Under the pieces are notes generated by a model, which worked only from the letters and a program-made list of their open reading frames with translations, did not search any database and was not told where the DNA came from. Both the position numbers and the translations under genes were made by a program. A stretch of DNA of 63,727 nucleotides, counting the filler. It is 10 parts of 10 records of this genome, joined end to end, with 100 filler letters (N's around TTAATTAATTAA, not from the genome) between each part and the next. Parts side by side here need not be neighbours in the genome. Positions count along the whole stretch, not along the records: positions 11,149 to 19,351 come from SRR15195285_1051; positions 19,452 to 23,125 come from SRR15195285_1054; positions 23,226 to 33,545 come from SRR15195285_1055; 7 more parts are not named here. One strand, given 5' to 3'. This document shows positions 11,049 through 23,429 of the stretch, one piece after another. Each line of letters begins with the position of its first letter. Positions within the stretch are counted from its first letter, which is position 1.

Positions 11049-11148
11049 NNNNNNNNNNNNNNNNNNNNNNNNNNNNNNNNNNNNNNNNNNNNTTAATTAA
11101 TTAANNNNNNNNNNNNNNNNNNNNNNNNNNNNNNNNNNNNNNNNNNNN
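11049..11148. other. Artificial contig spacer
   Basis: N44-TTAATTAATTAA-N44. Confidence 0.99.
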
Positions 11149-11802
11149 TCGCTTGGAACATGGAGAACTCACTGAGAAATGCAGTTGTGACTCCCGTTTA
11201 CCACCTCGAGCCGCTGCATTTGTCCGAAGATTAGTCCGTCTAGGAACTTCCTACTGTAGCGCGTGACCCAGTCGTGTATTTACTGTATTGTGTGTCCCTA
11301 CTATGAATTGTGTACTGGTACACATACGTTGTGTGTGTACTCCGGCGCTACAGCTCTGGATCACAGGACAGAATGATCGATGTGGGTTGTGGCACCGACA
11401 GGCGACAGCCGGGGGTGGTCCAGCGGGTGGCCAAGGATCCACCCCAGTCATACTGTCAACCCCAGTCTATTCATGAATGGCATTAGTAAGAACCGCTGGG
11501 TGAGATAAATGAGTCGCATTTCCCAGTGAGTGTTCCCAACCCACCAAGCGCCGGTATATACAAACTGCTTTTGCGGTGCCCAGGAATCACTGAGAAATTC
11601 CCCGCACACCGCAAGCCAACGTCAATTCGCACGATTCAGACGTCTCTCTCTCCGGGAATTTGTCGAATTGACGGCAGGGGCGCCGGGCCATGGTGTTGGA
11701 ATGCGGGGCTGTTGGGCGCGCTGGCAGCCCTCCCTGACCGCAGCATGCGCGACGTGAGGCTGCTGCCTCGTCAGGTGTAGCAGCAGCTGGCCGCGAGGAG
11801 AG

Positions 11803-14800
11803 ATGGAGCCCTCTGGTGGCGGCTATGACTGTGCGTGTCTGGCGCAGTGCCCCGCGCTGCGCTCGCTCCTCGCCCTTTTCGCCGTCTCACCAGCGCACGC
11901 TTCGTGCCACAGGGGATCTGGGCGACACGGACGCGTTCATGCTTGCCACTTCTCGTCGGAGCGACGCGGTCAGCCTGTCGCACCATCACAGCCCGCCGTT
12001 CCCGCTGTGCGGTGGCATGTGGCAGCTGCGGCTGACTGTGGACAGCGGCAGCGCGGCGGAGGATGCCGTGCCGAGGGTCGGTGTCCACGCCATCCTGGTG
12101 GAGCGGCATAGATATGCAGCAGGCCCCACGACGGCCAACTTTACGCTGAGGCTGCACGCTGAACGCGAACCGTCTGCTGCTGATAGTTGCCAAGAGTACC
12201 ATCATGTGGGCAGATCCTTTGGGGTCGGAACAGGGTGAGCACGGTGCTCGCGCTGCGCGCTGCACGCGTTCACTGCGCTGATTGGTGGCGCTCGTGGATG
12301 CAGGTGGGGCAAGCTGGACTTGGCGACGCTGGAAGAACTGGCGATGGCGCAGCGTGTTCGGGTGTGTCTAAGTGCAGTGAGTTCGATATGTGCTGTGCGA
12401 GACGAGCTCGCTCTACCAGGCATACCTAGAACACCGCAGGGTTCGGCCGGATCGGGCCTCGGCTATGCCACTGATGCCGAAGCCGTGGCAGCGGTTGTAC
12501 ATGGCCTGGACCAGCTCGCAGATAGGTTGGACAGCTGTGTCGAAGGTGGCCTCGTGCTGGATACTCAGCCCTTCCAGCTCAGAGCCTATGCTTCGGGCGC
12601 CTCAGACAGAGAACGGGAGTCTGCGTCGTGCGTTGGGTTTTCCATGACTTCACAGGCCCCCGTTCCGCTAGCTATCACGTTCAGGTTGCGAGTGTTCGTC
12701 GAACACGGTGATGCGTGTGAGCATGTGGGTGCCAGACCAGATAAAGAGCTGGTCATCTACCATTGTGTGCAGCGGCTAGGGCTCTCAGAGACATGGTGGT
12801 GCGACGCATGGATATCGCGAGAGTCTCTCAGCCCATTTCCGAAGGCTCTGAAGTTGCAGTTTGATCAAATTTCAATCATGACGTTTGACCAGACTTTCCG
12901 ACCTGTGCCGACCACGCCAAGGCTCAACTCGCAACAGCTGGCTCTGGCGGAAGCGAATAGAGAAGCCTGCGGGGTTGTGGCGCACGTGACGGGGCTGTAT
13001 GGATTGATGGCTGCCCTGAGTGACACGAAGGAGGCGTTATCGACGGGAAGTTTCGTCCTCGCTGGCTCATCCTGGACGCTGGCAATTCAGCAGATCGATG
13101 GTGCTGGGCTGGCAGCAGAGTCTAGTCATGAAGCGCGCGTTTCGAAGAGTGCGATTGCGGTTGACTGTGAGTCGCGCAAACCGTCGCGTTCCCTCTCTCC
13201 TCTTTTGCAGGGCGCACATTTCTGAGATAGCTCACGGCTTTTGCTGCAGTGCTGCACGAGGGTTTTGAATCAGTGGCAGTTTCAGCAGAAGTGGTCATCA
13301 CGGTGGCTGGCCGTTTGCTATACCATGGAATGCCTGCAGCGCAGCTACACACTCGGTCAGACGATCGATGTCTTCGAACACTGTTCCCTGCTAGACTGCT
13401 GATGATCTCCGACAGTGCGCAGGCATTACCAGCAGCCAGCGAGGATCCAGATCACGTAGGGTATGGAGACTTGAAGATTGAAGTCACAAATGTGCAGCAA
13501 TCTGAACTCATTGCTGGTGCAGAAACACCGCGGGCTGCTGGTTCTAGTAGGTCGACAGCATTCGTTTGGTCTATGAAAAATTATGCACACCTGACCGGTC
13601 TCGCAACGCGCATGGATGGGTGGTACGTGGCCAGTAGCCACTTCAGCATGCGCGGCAGAGACTGGAGTCTGCGAGTTTATCCGAACGGAGATGAAATGGT
13701 TCCTGGCAGCGCAGGAAAGCTAGTGACGCGCGTCGTTTTAGAGAGTAGCGCGTGGACTTGGGCAGCCTTTGTTGTTGAGTTGACCGATGAACACGGCAAC
13801 CCTTTTGCTCCTGATGGTGCAAGTCCAAGGCAGATTAAGTACTTAAAGATGAGTCAGTTTACGAACACAACACGAGATTTGGCATGTGTGTTCAGTAACA
13901 AGACGGTATGGAACGAGTGTGTTCGTGCGCTAATCAGCGGCATGGTTGTTATCGGGATGGAAACAAAAGAGGACGAACTGATTTGGACTATCGATGGATT
14001 TGAAAGCCTTCCGCTGACTACCAGAGATGATGTGTCGTTCACTTTTCATCGCGGCGGGTGCAAATGGAAACTCACCCTGTTCAACACGCGAGATACTAAT
14101 GATTTAGGTGTCAATATGGAGTGTCTGTCAGATAGTGCCGTGGTAGCCAGTTTTACGCTGTCGTTTGAAACAGACCTGTCTGGTGAAGTCGGGCGGCAGC
14201 GTGTCGCAAACCGTGACTTCGGGCAGAATCCATCCATCGCTCTCGCGTTTAAGCGCAAGGCTGTTCTAGCTGGTAATCCTGGAGTCGCGCGTCTGAAGTT
14301 GACAGCAATGTGTTGTAGCTGGGCGTCTGTGTCTTCCTCATTAGAGGCGGCGATGGCTGAGATTTCCTCAGAACATGATTCAAAGCTTGGTCTTACGCAC
14401 CTCAACGGCCCGTCTATGCAAGCAAGGAAACCAAGTGGATCAGCATTGTTGAATGTTACTTTGTGTGCCGAACGCCAGCCATTGAAGGTTCGCTGGATTG
14501 TTACTGTCAGAAATGCTGGCAAGGGCGTGGGTGTAGGTGTGGCAGTACGCGGGGCAGTCAATCTAGATGGCGACGATGTGCTACGCAGGGAGATCGTGGC
14601 GCGCATTAAGCGAGATGTGAGTTTGGGTGATCTGTCCAGTGAAATTGAAGCTGAAACCGAGATGGAAAGACAGCTGAGGCAAGCGTGCTCCAATGGTTGT
14701 ATGGATGTGCAATCTGAAGAGTTTGAGTTTGAGCAAACAGAGTGGAGGCAGGCGCTTGTGCGCGTGCTGACGGTGCTGCGGCGAGAAGGTGTAGTGGAGC

Positions 14801-17106
14801 TCGATCGACAGGCGTTCAGTAATGTCACCACAATGGTGCGAGAAGCTTTAGTGCGCGCAGCCGCGGCCAAGCATTGGACTGAAGCTGCAGGCCTGTTGCA
14901 ACTTGCATCTCACTACCGGTGTGAGACGGGTGAGCATGTGAACTGCGCGCTATTTGATGTGCCGATTATCCAACACAGCAACTTCTGGGATAACATATAT
15001 TTAGCCCGGTGCGAGCATGAACGGCAACAGGCTGAGCTGCAAGTGAGTACACCGGAAGAAAAAAGATTAGTAGCGGAAAACACGTACCTGGCGCAAGCAT
15101 TGATCCTTCTAGCCACAATGCAAGATATGAAGATCGGTGGTACAAAACGCCACGCTTTCGTGCAGTGTACAGTCGACTCTGGCTACATTGCTAGCCACTC
15201 TGCGAATGTGTGGTTCGCTGATTTCGTGGATAATGAACCAATTATATCGCCAGCGACTGACGGCGGATTGATGCCCGACGAAGATAGTGCAGATTCTCCT
15301 GGCCGGCGAACCTTTAGCGAACTTTCGAGCGAACCGAACGCGTGCTGCGCTGTTCTAGAGTGCCCAGACCAGCCAGAGGCTGGAGTACCCATGGACCCTG
15401 CACTCTGGACATGTACTATCCCACCAGCAGGTACTGGCGGCGTCGCAGTCGTTGGTTGTGGCGACAAGCTGTGTCTGGAGTGGGTCCATGCGCCCGAGCA
15501 TGGTTGTGGATTCCTGAAGATACAGAACCACTCTCGTGAAAACAGCTGGGCGTACACGCGAGAAGTCCGGACTGACACCACACGCGAGCAACGCTGGCGA
15601 CCGGCAATTTGGTTAGACGGTGGTGCACAAGTTGAGGTGCGAGGGAAAACCATCTGGACTCGGCCACCAAAACCTCCTGCTCGGCCGAAAGCCCCAGTGT
15701 GTGCTGCAATTGTAGACGCCATGGATGCAGTTTGCTTGACATGGGAACATGATCCACGATCTGGAGACGCGCCGGTCACAGAGTATGTCATCCAGAGCCG
15801 TCAACGAAGGCAAAATGGTGGCGGGTGGATTGCAGACTGGCAGTTGCACAGTCGTCATGTCCCTGTCGATGGTGAAGGAAGTCATGAGTTCAAACTGACA
15901 CCTTTGACTCCAGATGGGGGGCGTTGGACCTTTCGAGTTGTAGCTCGCTCTTTAGGCGGTCAATCAGAACCATCGGACCCGTGCCGGCTGTGGACTACGC
16001 CGGCTTTGCCTTTCATCAGGGACTTCCAACTAATTCGTACTACAGCGACGGAGGCTAAGGTTTCGTTTGGTCCAATCAGATGGCCAAGCGAAGGATTTGA
16101 TGATGGACATCAAAGACGGCTATGTATGCGTCAGCGTGCAGAGTCGTGTGACCAAGCGGTCTCTGTAGTTACACCTCGTCGCGCATTTGCGACACCCCAA
16201 CGAAAGCACGTGCTTCCTGTAGAACACGGTGTGTTCAGCACAGCGCAGTACTTTCGCGTGCGGCACTTGACGTCTGTGTGGCGTGACTTCACAGTGCAGC
16301 CAAGCGAGGAGCCGGTTGGTCAGCTCGCGCCTGAGGACGTTGTTGAAGTTGTGCAGACGCGAACAACCTCTGGTGGTTATGTTCGTCTGCGAATCAAGCT
16401 CGGTTCTAGGTATGGTTGGGTTGACAGTGGGGACATTACTGGGGCTGCTTTTTTGAGGAGAATGGGCACTGACGAGGTGGAATCCTGGGAGCGTGAAGAG
16501 GCATCTGGCAAGGTCGCACCAGCAACGCCAGCGCCATTGGTAGGTTCGTCTCCTTGGACACCAGCAACACAAGTTGCAGCATCACCAGCGCGAACGTCAA
16601 TTACCGCAGCTGCGGTTGACGAGACACCCGTTTCTGCGGCGTCGAGGCCGAACCGCTATATCAAGGCTCAGCATCAAGCTGTGACCCCACCGCGAGTTCA
16701 ATCTGCGCAACACGGTGAGGTCTCGCATAGACGTGCAGGGTCGGCACCAGAAGCACAGTTTGCTTCTGATGTGTTGCTTGCACCGGAAACGCTTTCAGCG
16801 CGAGGGCTACAGGCATCGCTGGAAGCATCATCCCTGCAGACGCGTGATCATAGCAGAGAAAGGACTACAGACTTCGCCGAAAGCACCATCCTCGCAGGCG
16901 CGACTGCAGTCGCGTTTCCCGCTGATGACACTATCCCTGCAATTACGTATCCAGAGGTGCTAGAAGCAGAGTCTCAAACGTGTGAGGTCGTACAGCTTCA
17001 GCCGCGAACTCGGTATACGCTACAGCTGGAAGCATATGTCGGAATTGGAAAGACGATCAGCACGTTAGAGTTTACGACTGATGACGATAAAGTGAGATCT
17101 GTATAA
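11803..17106 (+). CDS. Large multi-MATH/TRAF-like domain protein with a helical (SBF2-like) region, FN3 domains and an SH3-like domain; 4 exons
   Basis: Repeated MATH signatures: HSPPFPLCGGMWQL..GWG, SFVLAGSSWTL, FVWSMKNY..SSHFSMRGRDWSLRVYPNG, IWTIDGF..GGCKWKLTL. FN3: LTWEHD..VTEYVIQ..WTFRVVARSLGGQSEPS and LQPRTRYTLQL. SH3-like GQLAPEDVVEV..GWV. Introns 11831-11912, 12235-12303 and 13167-13249 join the ORFs in frame. Confidence 0.75.
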
Positions 17107-17379
17107 AATCTGATCGCTTCGCAGAGTGTCGAATCGTCGAATCTGTGATTTCGATTCGTTCACTGATGCATTGCTGAGGATGGTACTAAGCTGAGGTTCT
17201 GCAATGAATACCATGCTGAGATTCTTTTCATTCAAATCGAGTCTTTGTACAGCATTATATGTTCCTTCGCCAGATGTACGGCAGAGGGAACTTGAAGGAG
17301 TCACGAGCTATTTAGCATACACCTTTCCTGCCGGGAGGCTGCGTGGCGTCCCCCATGAGCTCATTCAGGAAACGCCGCA

Positions 17380-19351
17380 TCATTTCAGTATGGACAGCTG
17401 GAACGCACACTCGCTGCCGGCAATGCGAATCATCCCATCAATGGTACCTTCTTCAGGGTTGACCTCTCCCTGCCAATCACCGCAACAAATAGGTGTAAGC
17501 ACAGACTGTCAAGCAACGCATTCATTCGACGTGTGCGTGAGACGTACAATACATTCGATGCCGCCTTTGGCCTTTTCTGCGATACGAACCAACCCCGGTA
17601 TGTCTGGAAGGGGGGTGATGGTTACAACGTTGTTAGACGTGAGCAGCGTATGCATTCCAACCAGGTTGCCAAGCCCACCAGTCTTCTTTCCACCCGTTTC
17701 CTCTCGAGTGACCTTCAGCGAGTACATGACCTTGCGACCATCACGATCAATGTGACCTTTCCATCGAGAACCTACGCACAAAACTTCTTCAACCGTCCTG
17801 CCGCTCCGGCCTACGTTCCCAGGTGCTCCACCGAGTCGCTGGGGTTTGGGAGCTGGTCCAGACGCCTGGGGTGGCACATTTCTCCGGTTGGCACCTTCTC
17901 GCGCTGGGCGTTCAAGGGGTTTGGTGTAATCCACACCTCCACTCGACGGTCGGGGCCGAGCGCCTGGATTTCCTTCGATCCCACGGCCGGCAGGACCACC
18001 ACCACCACCTGTGCCAGCAGCACTGGTGTTCTGCTGGACAGCAGCCTGGCGAGCATCCATGAGAACCCCCCCGCCCATGCCGCCGCCCATGCCGCCGCCC
18101 ATGCCACCAGGTGCCTGTGTTGCGCCCAACTCCCTGTGTATATTATGGACTTTTCGTTGAAGTTGATCATTTTGAACGCTGAGGTCTCGCAATTCTGCGT
18201 CTAATTCTAAAATTTCTTGTCGGGCTTCTGCTTCATCTTCACGAAGCTGTTGAATCTCCGCATGTCGGTCTTGGGGATTCCCAGAAGAGCGCATATCATC
18301 AAATGATAACTCTAGCTCAGCAGTGATCTGCTGGAACTGGCCACGCAGTGTTTCAAGAGCCTCGGCTGCAACTTGTTTTTCTTCACGCTGGGCATGGGCT
18401 GCCTCTTGGACCGTGCTGATTTGGTATTCCATGTTTGCAACATCCTCCGTAGCAACTTTCGCCTCGTTCTCCACACCTCTGAGCTCTTTCTCATACTGGA
18501 TCGCAAGACGCTCAGCGTCCTCACGTCGTGCCTTTGCCGTAGAAATCGACTCCGCAAGCTTTGCAGCCTGTGAGCGTTGGCTGGCATCTCGTGCAGCACG
18601 GTCCTCTTTTTCCACGCGTGCCTTTGTCGCATCAAAGTCCATCTTTACCGCTTTTAGTTGACTCTCTGCGTTGCTCAGCCGTTGATTCGCGTCGTCGCGT
18701 GCCCTGTTGGCAGCTGCTATGTCTGCTTTTGAAGCCTGTTTCAAAACGTTGCATGCACGATCACCATCGTCCTGCAGGCGTTGCCTCAGTGAATCCATCT
18801 CTGCGAGGTGGGCCTTTTGCTGTGTCTCACGTGCCAACGATGCAGAAGCTTCTAACTTCTCTTTTTCTTGGGCACGCGCCTGTTTATCTTCCTCTGAACG
18901 CTGGATCATATTTTTGATCTCGTCAAGCTGCGCGGTAGTAGTTCTGTGTTTGGCTTGTGCCTCTTCCAGTGCGAGTTTTGTCTGCTCATACTTCTGGTCG
19001 TTTTCCATCCTTGTTTTTTCTGCCTGCCTTGCCATGTTATTCTGCTGGGCAACAGCTAGACTTTGTTTCAGCCGGTCCAACTCATTCTCCTGCTCCGTAG
19101 CCTGTAAAACAGCACGCTCAGCGGCATCTTCGGCCTTCTTTGCTTCTTGTTGTGCGGTACGCAAGGAGGCCTGCGTTGCTGCAACAAGGTTCCGGCCGCC
19201 AGCCTCCACTTCATGTTTTGCTGCTTCGAGGGCTTGCTCTGCTGCCTGCCTGGCCGTTTCGTGCTCGCTTGCCTGTGCTTGAGCTGCTGTAACCGCATTG
19301 ACAGCTTTCTCTTGGGCTTCCACTATTGCATCGTCTAATTCCCGCTGCAAC
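17380..19351 (-). CDS. Coiled-coil protein with Gly/Pro linker and C-terminal beta-rich domain, 5'-truncated
   Basis: A 613-aa ORF runs from the contig edge with A/E/Q/K heptads. Intron 17547-17470 (GTACGT..GGCAG) adds GEVNPEEG..LSILK* ending at 17380. Contains a 12-nt GGMG repeat near 18072-18108. Confidence 0.75.
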
Positions 19352-19451
19352 NNNNNNNNNNNNNNNNNNNNNNNNNNNNNNNNNNNNNNNNNNNNTTAAT
19401 TAATTAANNNNNNNNNNNNNNNNNNNNNNNNNNNNNNNNNNNNNNNNNNNN
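19352..19451. other. Artificial contig spacer
   Basis: N44-TTAATTAATTAA-N44. Confidence 0.99.
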
Positions 19452-19966
19452 GGGCGCGCAAGCGCGTGGGTTGGGGGTGCTACGGGTCGATGCTGCGCTG
19501 CGGGCTGCCCTGCGCATGACACATCGCCTGGCAGGCCGGGTGGAGGCGCCAAACCACGCTTACAGATCGACTGTAAGGTGTCGCTGCCTATCCCGCCGAA
19601 TCCTTGATCCACACACAGATTGCCCAAACAGTAGTCATGCAGAAGCAGCTTTCTCGCAGCATTCTCGCAACGGACGGCAACGTAATGATCCCTATTCACT
19701 ACGTTTGTGCAGAATGGGTGACCGTGGGTAGATGTGTTTGGGCTCCACACATACGGCGGCCCTCCCGGAAGGAGCGTCAGGTGAGAGTAACGCCTCCAGC
19801 CGACCGTCACATCTCTCCCGCTGGCATATCCGTACGCCGCATGATATGGCGCCATGCGCGCACTACCGGTACAGCCACTATCGAATTCCTCGAGCTAATG
19901 ATACTTGATAGTATGCCTAGGGTTGGGCGTCGGTCGCTACACGGCTACAGTGCGAAGATTACCAGT

Positions 19967-22900
19967 CTATTTATCGTAGAGCACCACCGTGAACACCTCA
20001 CCCTCCAACGCCTCCACCTCAATAGCTGGCGATAGGAAGGCATCGCTTCGACTAGTCAAAAACCAACGAAAACCGCCCACGCGGCCTTCAACACGAGGGC
20101 CGCGTGTCTCCCGTGCTTCGGTGCTGCTATTCCACGCTTCAGCCAAGGCTCGCTCGAAGGGCGAGTTGGAGAAGGGGCTTGGCGAGATAGTAACCGTCGC
20201 GTCTGCCGAGCTCTGGCCGGTGAGGTTTCCGCTCGCTGGCTCTGCGCTGTAAAGCATCACATTCGCAGCCGTGCCAGCATCGGTCTTCCACTGCAACATA
20301 GGTAGCACCGAAGTCGCCGCCTCTGATGCCGCCCGCCTGTCTGTCTGAGCGAATGTAGCCGCAGCAGTTGACACATCGACTGAACCAGAGGGCCCACCGC
20401 CAAAGACGCAGTCTGGTCCAACAAATTGGTACCCTCCACCGAGCCTGTAGCCAGTACCTGAGCGCGAAGGCGCTGATGGCACATAAGTCAGTCGATACTT
20501 TGCTGGGTCGGACCAGTGCGGAGACATTGCCAAGTACTGAGATAGAAATCTCGTCGTCAGTGCAATCGGCTTCAGTCTACCAGTAGGCGAGCCGTCGTAC
20601 CATGTCGAGCCCCACTTCGAATTCGAGACGTAATCATCGTAGGCTTTGAATCCAGCAGGGCTGTCTGCCGTGTAGTCACCCACCCAGATGTTCTGCTGAG
20701 CGCCGATCACCCATGGTTTTTCTGCGATGGCCCACCGTAATCCACCATCGTATCCGTGTGCGATTGCATGCAGCCAGCTCATGATGTCCCAGACCGCCCC
20801 ATCATAAATCGACAGCGACGTACACGAATCATCAGCTCCGCTTGGTTGAGACGGGTCACACGTATTCGAGGCATTGGCCGCCGCCGCAATGATCTTATGC
20901 TCGCAATTCGTGTAGAATGGGTTGCCTTTGAAAGTTGTACCTGCCCAGGCTGGACAGCGATGGTGATGTGATCCTGGTCCAGCGTTATCTTTCACCGCCA
21001 ACGCCCACGCGCTCGCGCAGGATTGCGGCTTTTGCCCTGAGCTCTGTGGTGGGTTGAAGTACCACCGAATTGTTGAGGCCACACCAGTGACACAATCTTC
21101 TGGCAGGTTGCAGCCGGGTCCACTCGGCGGCGGCGGCGGTGACGGCGGTGACGGTGGCAACACATCCACTGATAAAGGCGCTTCGTACATTTCCCAGAGC
21201 CCTGCGGTGGTCTTGCTACCGAACTCCCCGTAGGTGATTGGCTGATCTGGAAAAAGCTTGTGCATGATGTCGAGAGTTTTGGGTACTGCAGTCACGTTGT
21301 AGAACTGGGCCATGGTGCACGAGGCATTGCCTGGTGCATCAGAAGGGTATGAATGGTGTGACACAAAGTCAAGCATCTCGTTTGACGGCAGCAGAGCATG
21401 AAGGGCATTGTTGCCGACCGTGATAAGATGGTGTTTGTCCACAGACTTAATTGCTCCAACTCTCCACTGAATCCACTCGCCAAAGATCGAGCTCATATTG
21501 GAGAAGCCTGCTCGTAGCTCCGGGTGTTGTGCCAGAAGAGACCCGTCGAGAATTGGACTATCGATGGTGCCACAGTGATCCGGGTCAAAAGTAGTAGACC
21601 AACCGCCACACTGTGCTTTCTCGTATTCGCCCCAACCATGCTGTGCAGCTGGATACAAATCGTTCAGAGTCTGATTTGTGGCCTCGTCAGCAATGAGAAC
21701 CCCTGGCCAGTTGTACTGGTCATCAGGTTCATTCGCAAGGTCATATCCGAGCACCCAGGTCTCGTTTGCAAGAATAGACGCATCAGCCTTGGTGCGGGCG
21801 ATGACGGTGCCCTTGCTTTTCTGTGCATTGTCCTTGTACGCTGGCAGAGTGAAGAGGATGCGAAGTCCATGATCCTTGTGCATCTGCCGCAGCAGTTCCA
21901 TCACTGCATTCGTGGTAGCACCTCCTGAGCCACCTAGCTCTTGACCTGCTGGCGCGACCAGCGAGGCAGGAAAACCGTAGAAACGCAACGTGTTGAGACC
22001 AGAAAGTACTGCATTGCGCAGATCGATAGCGAGGGTCTCTGCATCCAAACTTGAGTTGAACATGCCTCGGAAGTAATCTCCTCCAAGCATAAAATAGCGT
22101 GACCCGTCGCTAGCGTACATCAGATGCTTGCTATCAGGTTTGATATTTGCAGGCCGACCAGTCTTGATGAAACCAGGTGGAGACGGACTTGTTGAGGCCC
22201 CGATGGCCGTCGCCGCAGCCGTTTGTGACGCCAGTCCCGCCGCCTGAAACGTTGCTGCCGCAGCTGAGATGATGCTCGGAGACTTTGCGCCACCGGCGAG
22301 CGCTGTGGCGAGCGTTGTTGCAAAAGATGGCGAGGTTAAAAACGCATGCTCTTTGATTCCACTCAGCAGCCACACTGATCCGTTGTAGGGCCCGCCAGTG
22401 TGCACCATCGCACTCAGTGCCCATCCAACAGATCGGTTGTGCTTGTCGACGGCATGAAGCAGCGGGACGAAAGCCGACTGCCCTTGTCGTGCAAATCCGA
22501 TAGCACTCACCCCGCTGACAGCCCCCGCGGTGGAGGACGGTGCCGAGCCGCAGATCGCGCTAGCCGCAGGCAGCGGTTCGACTAACACGGCGTGTTTCAG
22601 GCGGTACGGTTCGTAGGTGTCCATCAGATTCAGCGACGCGAAGCTTGCCGTGATGTTGAGTCGCGGTGGCCGGCCGCCCAGCACAGCAATGTGGCCACCT
22701 GCCTTCGCAAAGCTAAAGTACGCTGGCGCAGCCTCTGCAGGAAACGCCGGCGCATTCGGGAGCACCAGCACGTCGTAGTCAGTCTTGGAGAGTTTCGCGA
22801 GCGCCACATTGTCGATCTGTGTTGGCACCAGGTCCGCGTTCACAAGCGCCCCGAGCAACGCGGCGCACACAGGCTTGGGACAGTCATCGCCCGAAACTGC

Positions 22901-23017
22901 GACGCGTAGCTGGGCCGCCGGCGCCGCTGCCGTCGCCGCGCAGCTGTCCGAGAAGCAGAGCGCGATAGTGGACAGCAGAAGCTTAGACGTGGCCGCCATC
23001 GATACCAGTCGGTGCAT
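19967..23017 (-). CDS. Secreted clan GH-A (GH5/GH2-like) glycoside hydrolase with N-terminal class-I-GATase-like domain
   Basis: Signal peptide SKLLLSTIALCF; YDVLVLPN..AGGHIAVLGG; GLNTLRFY; acid/base motif GYDLANEP; DFVSHHSYP; nucleophile ITYGEFG. Intronless ORF; alternative start 22999. Confidence 0.8.
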   Translation of the reverse strand: MHRLVSMAATSKLLLSTIALCFSDSCAATAAAPAAQLRVAVSGDDCPKPVCAALLGALVNADLVPTQIDNVALAKLSKTDYDVLVLPNAPAFPAEAAPAYFSFAKAGGHIAVLGGRPPRLNITASFASLNLMDTYEPYRLKHAVLVEPLPAASAICGSAPSSTAGAVSGVSAIGFARQGQSAFVPLLHAVDKHNRSVGWALSAMVHTGGPYNGSVWLLSGIKEHAFLTSPSFATTLATALAGGAKSPSIISAAAATFQAAGLASQTAAATAIGASTSPSPPGFIKTGRPANIKPDSKHLMYASDGSRYFMLGGDYFRGMFNSSLDAETLAIDLRNAVLSGLNTLRFYGFPASLVAPAGQELGGSGGATTNAVMELLRQMHKDHGLRILFTLPAYKDNAQKSKGTVIARTKADASILANETWVLGYDLANEPDDQYNWPGVLIADEATNQTLNDLYPAAQHGWGEYEKAQCGGWSTTFDPDHCGTIDSPILDGSLLAQHPELRAGFSNMSSIFGEWIQWRVGAIKSVDKHHLITVGNNALHALLPSNEMLDFVSHHSYPSDAPGNASCTMAQFYNVTAVPKTLDIMHKLFPDQPITYGEFGSKTTAGLWEMYEAPLSVDVLPPSPPSPPPPPSGPGCNLPEDCVTGVASTIRWYFNPPQSSGQKPQSCASAWALAVKDNAGPGSHHHRCPAWAGTTFKGNPFYTNCEHKIIAAAANASNTCDPSQPSGADDSCTSLSIYDGAVWDIMSWLHAIAHGYDGGLRWAIAEKPWVIGAQQNIWVGDYTADSPAGFKAYDDYVSNSKWGSTWYDGSPTGRLKPIALTTRFLSQYLAMSPHWSDPAKYRLTYVPSAPSRSGTGYRLGGGYQFVGPDCVFGGGPSGSVDVSTAAATFAQTDRRAASEAATSVLPMLQWKTDAGTAANVMLYSAEPASGNLTGQSSADATVTISPSPFSNSPFERALAEAWNSSTEARETRGPRVEGRVGGFRWFLTSRSDAFLSPAIEVEALEGEVFTVVLYDK

Positions 23018-23021
23018 CGTG

Positions 23022-23036
23022 CTTATTTATATATAG
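23022..23036 (-). promoter_or_regulatory. TATA-like element upstream of the GH-A gene
   Basis: Minus strand reads CTATATATAAATAAG immediately 5' of the ATGs at 23017 and 22999. Confidence 0.45.
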
Positions 23037-23125
23037 CACAGACCCGCCATCATCAGGGCGCCCCAGCAACGATACGATCCGGCCTACGCATGCATGCATG
23101 TACCCAGGTTGAAATTCGAGAATTG

Positions 23126-23225
23126 NNNNNNNNNNNNNNNNNNNNNNNNNNNNNNNNNNNNNNNNNNNNTTAATTAATTAANNNNNNNNNNNNNNNNNNN
23201 NNNNNNNNNNNNNNNNNNNNNNNNN
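23126..23225. other. Artificial contig spacer
   Basis: N44-TTAATTAATTAA-N44. Confidence 0.99.
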
Positions 23226-23429
23226 TTTTCCGTACTCATTTCCGAATAACCCTCCTCCGGCCGCGGAGAACGGGCGGGTAGTTCGAGTGAGCATGCATAC
23301 CGTACCTCAGTTTGTAAGTGTGCCTGAACCACGATGCACCATGGCATGCACGCACGCGCGGCACCGCGCGTACCGACATGGCCGGCCGCCGCGGCGAGGG
23401 TTCTCAGCTGCGTGACGGAGCCTGGCGCA

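Noticed and set aside
19452-19860. Minus-strand ORF 19400-19855
   Set aside because: No recognisable motif and it runs into the spacer; could be UTR, promoter or a first exon, but is unsupported.
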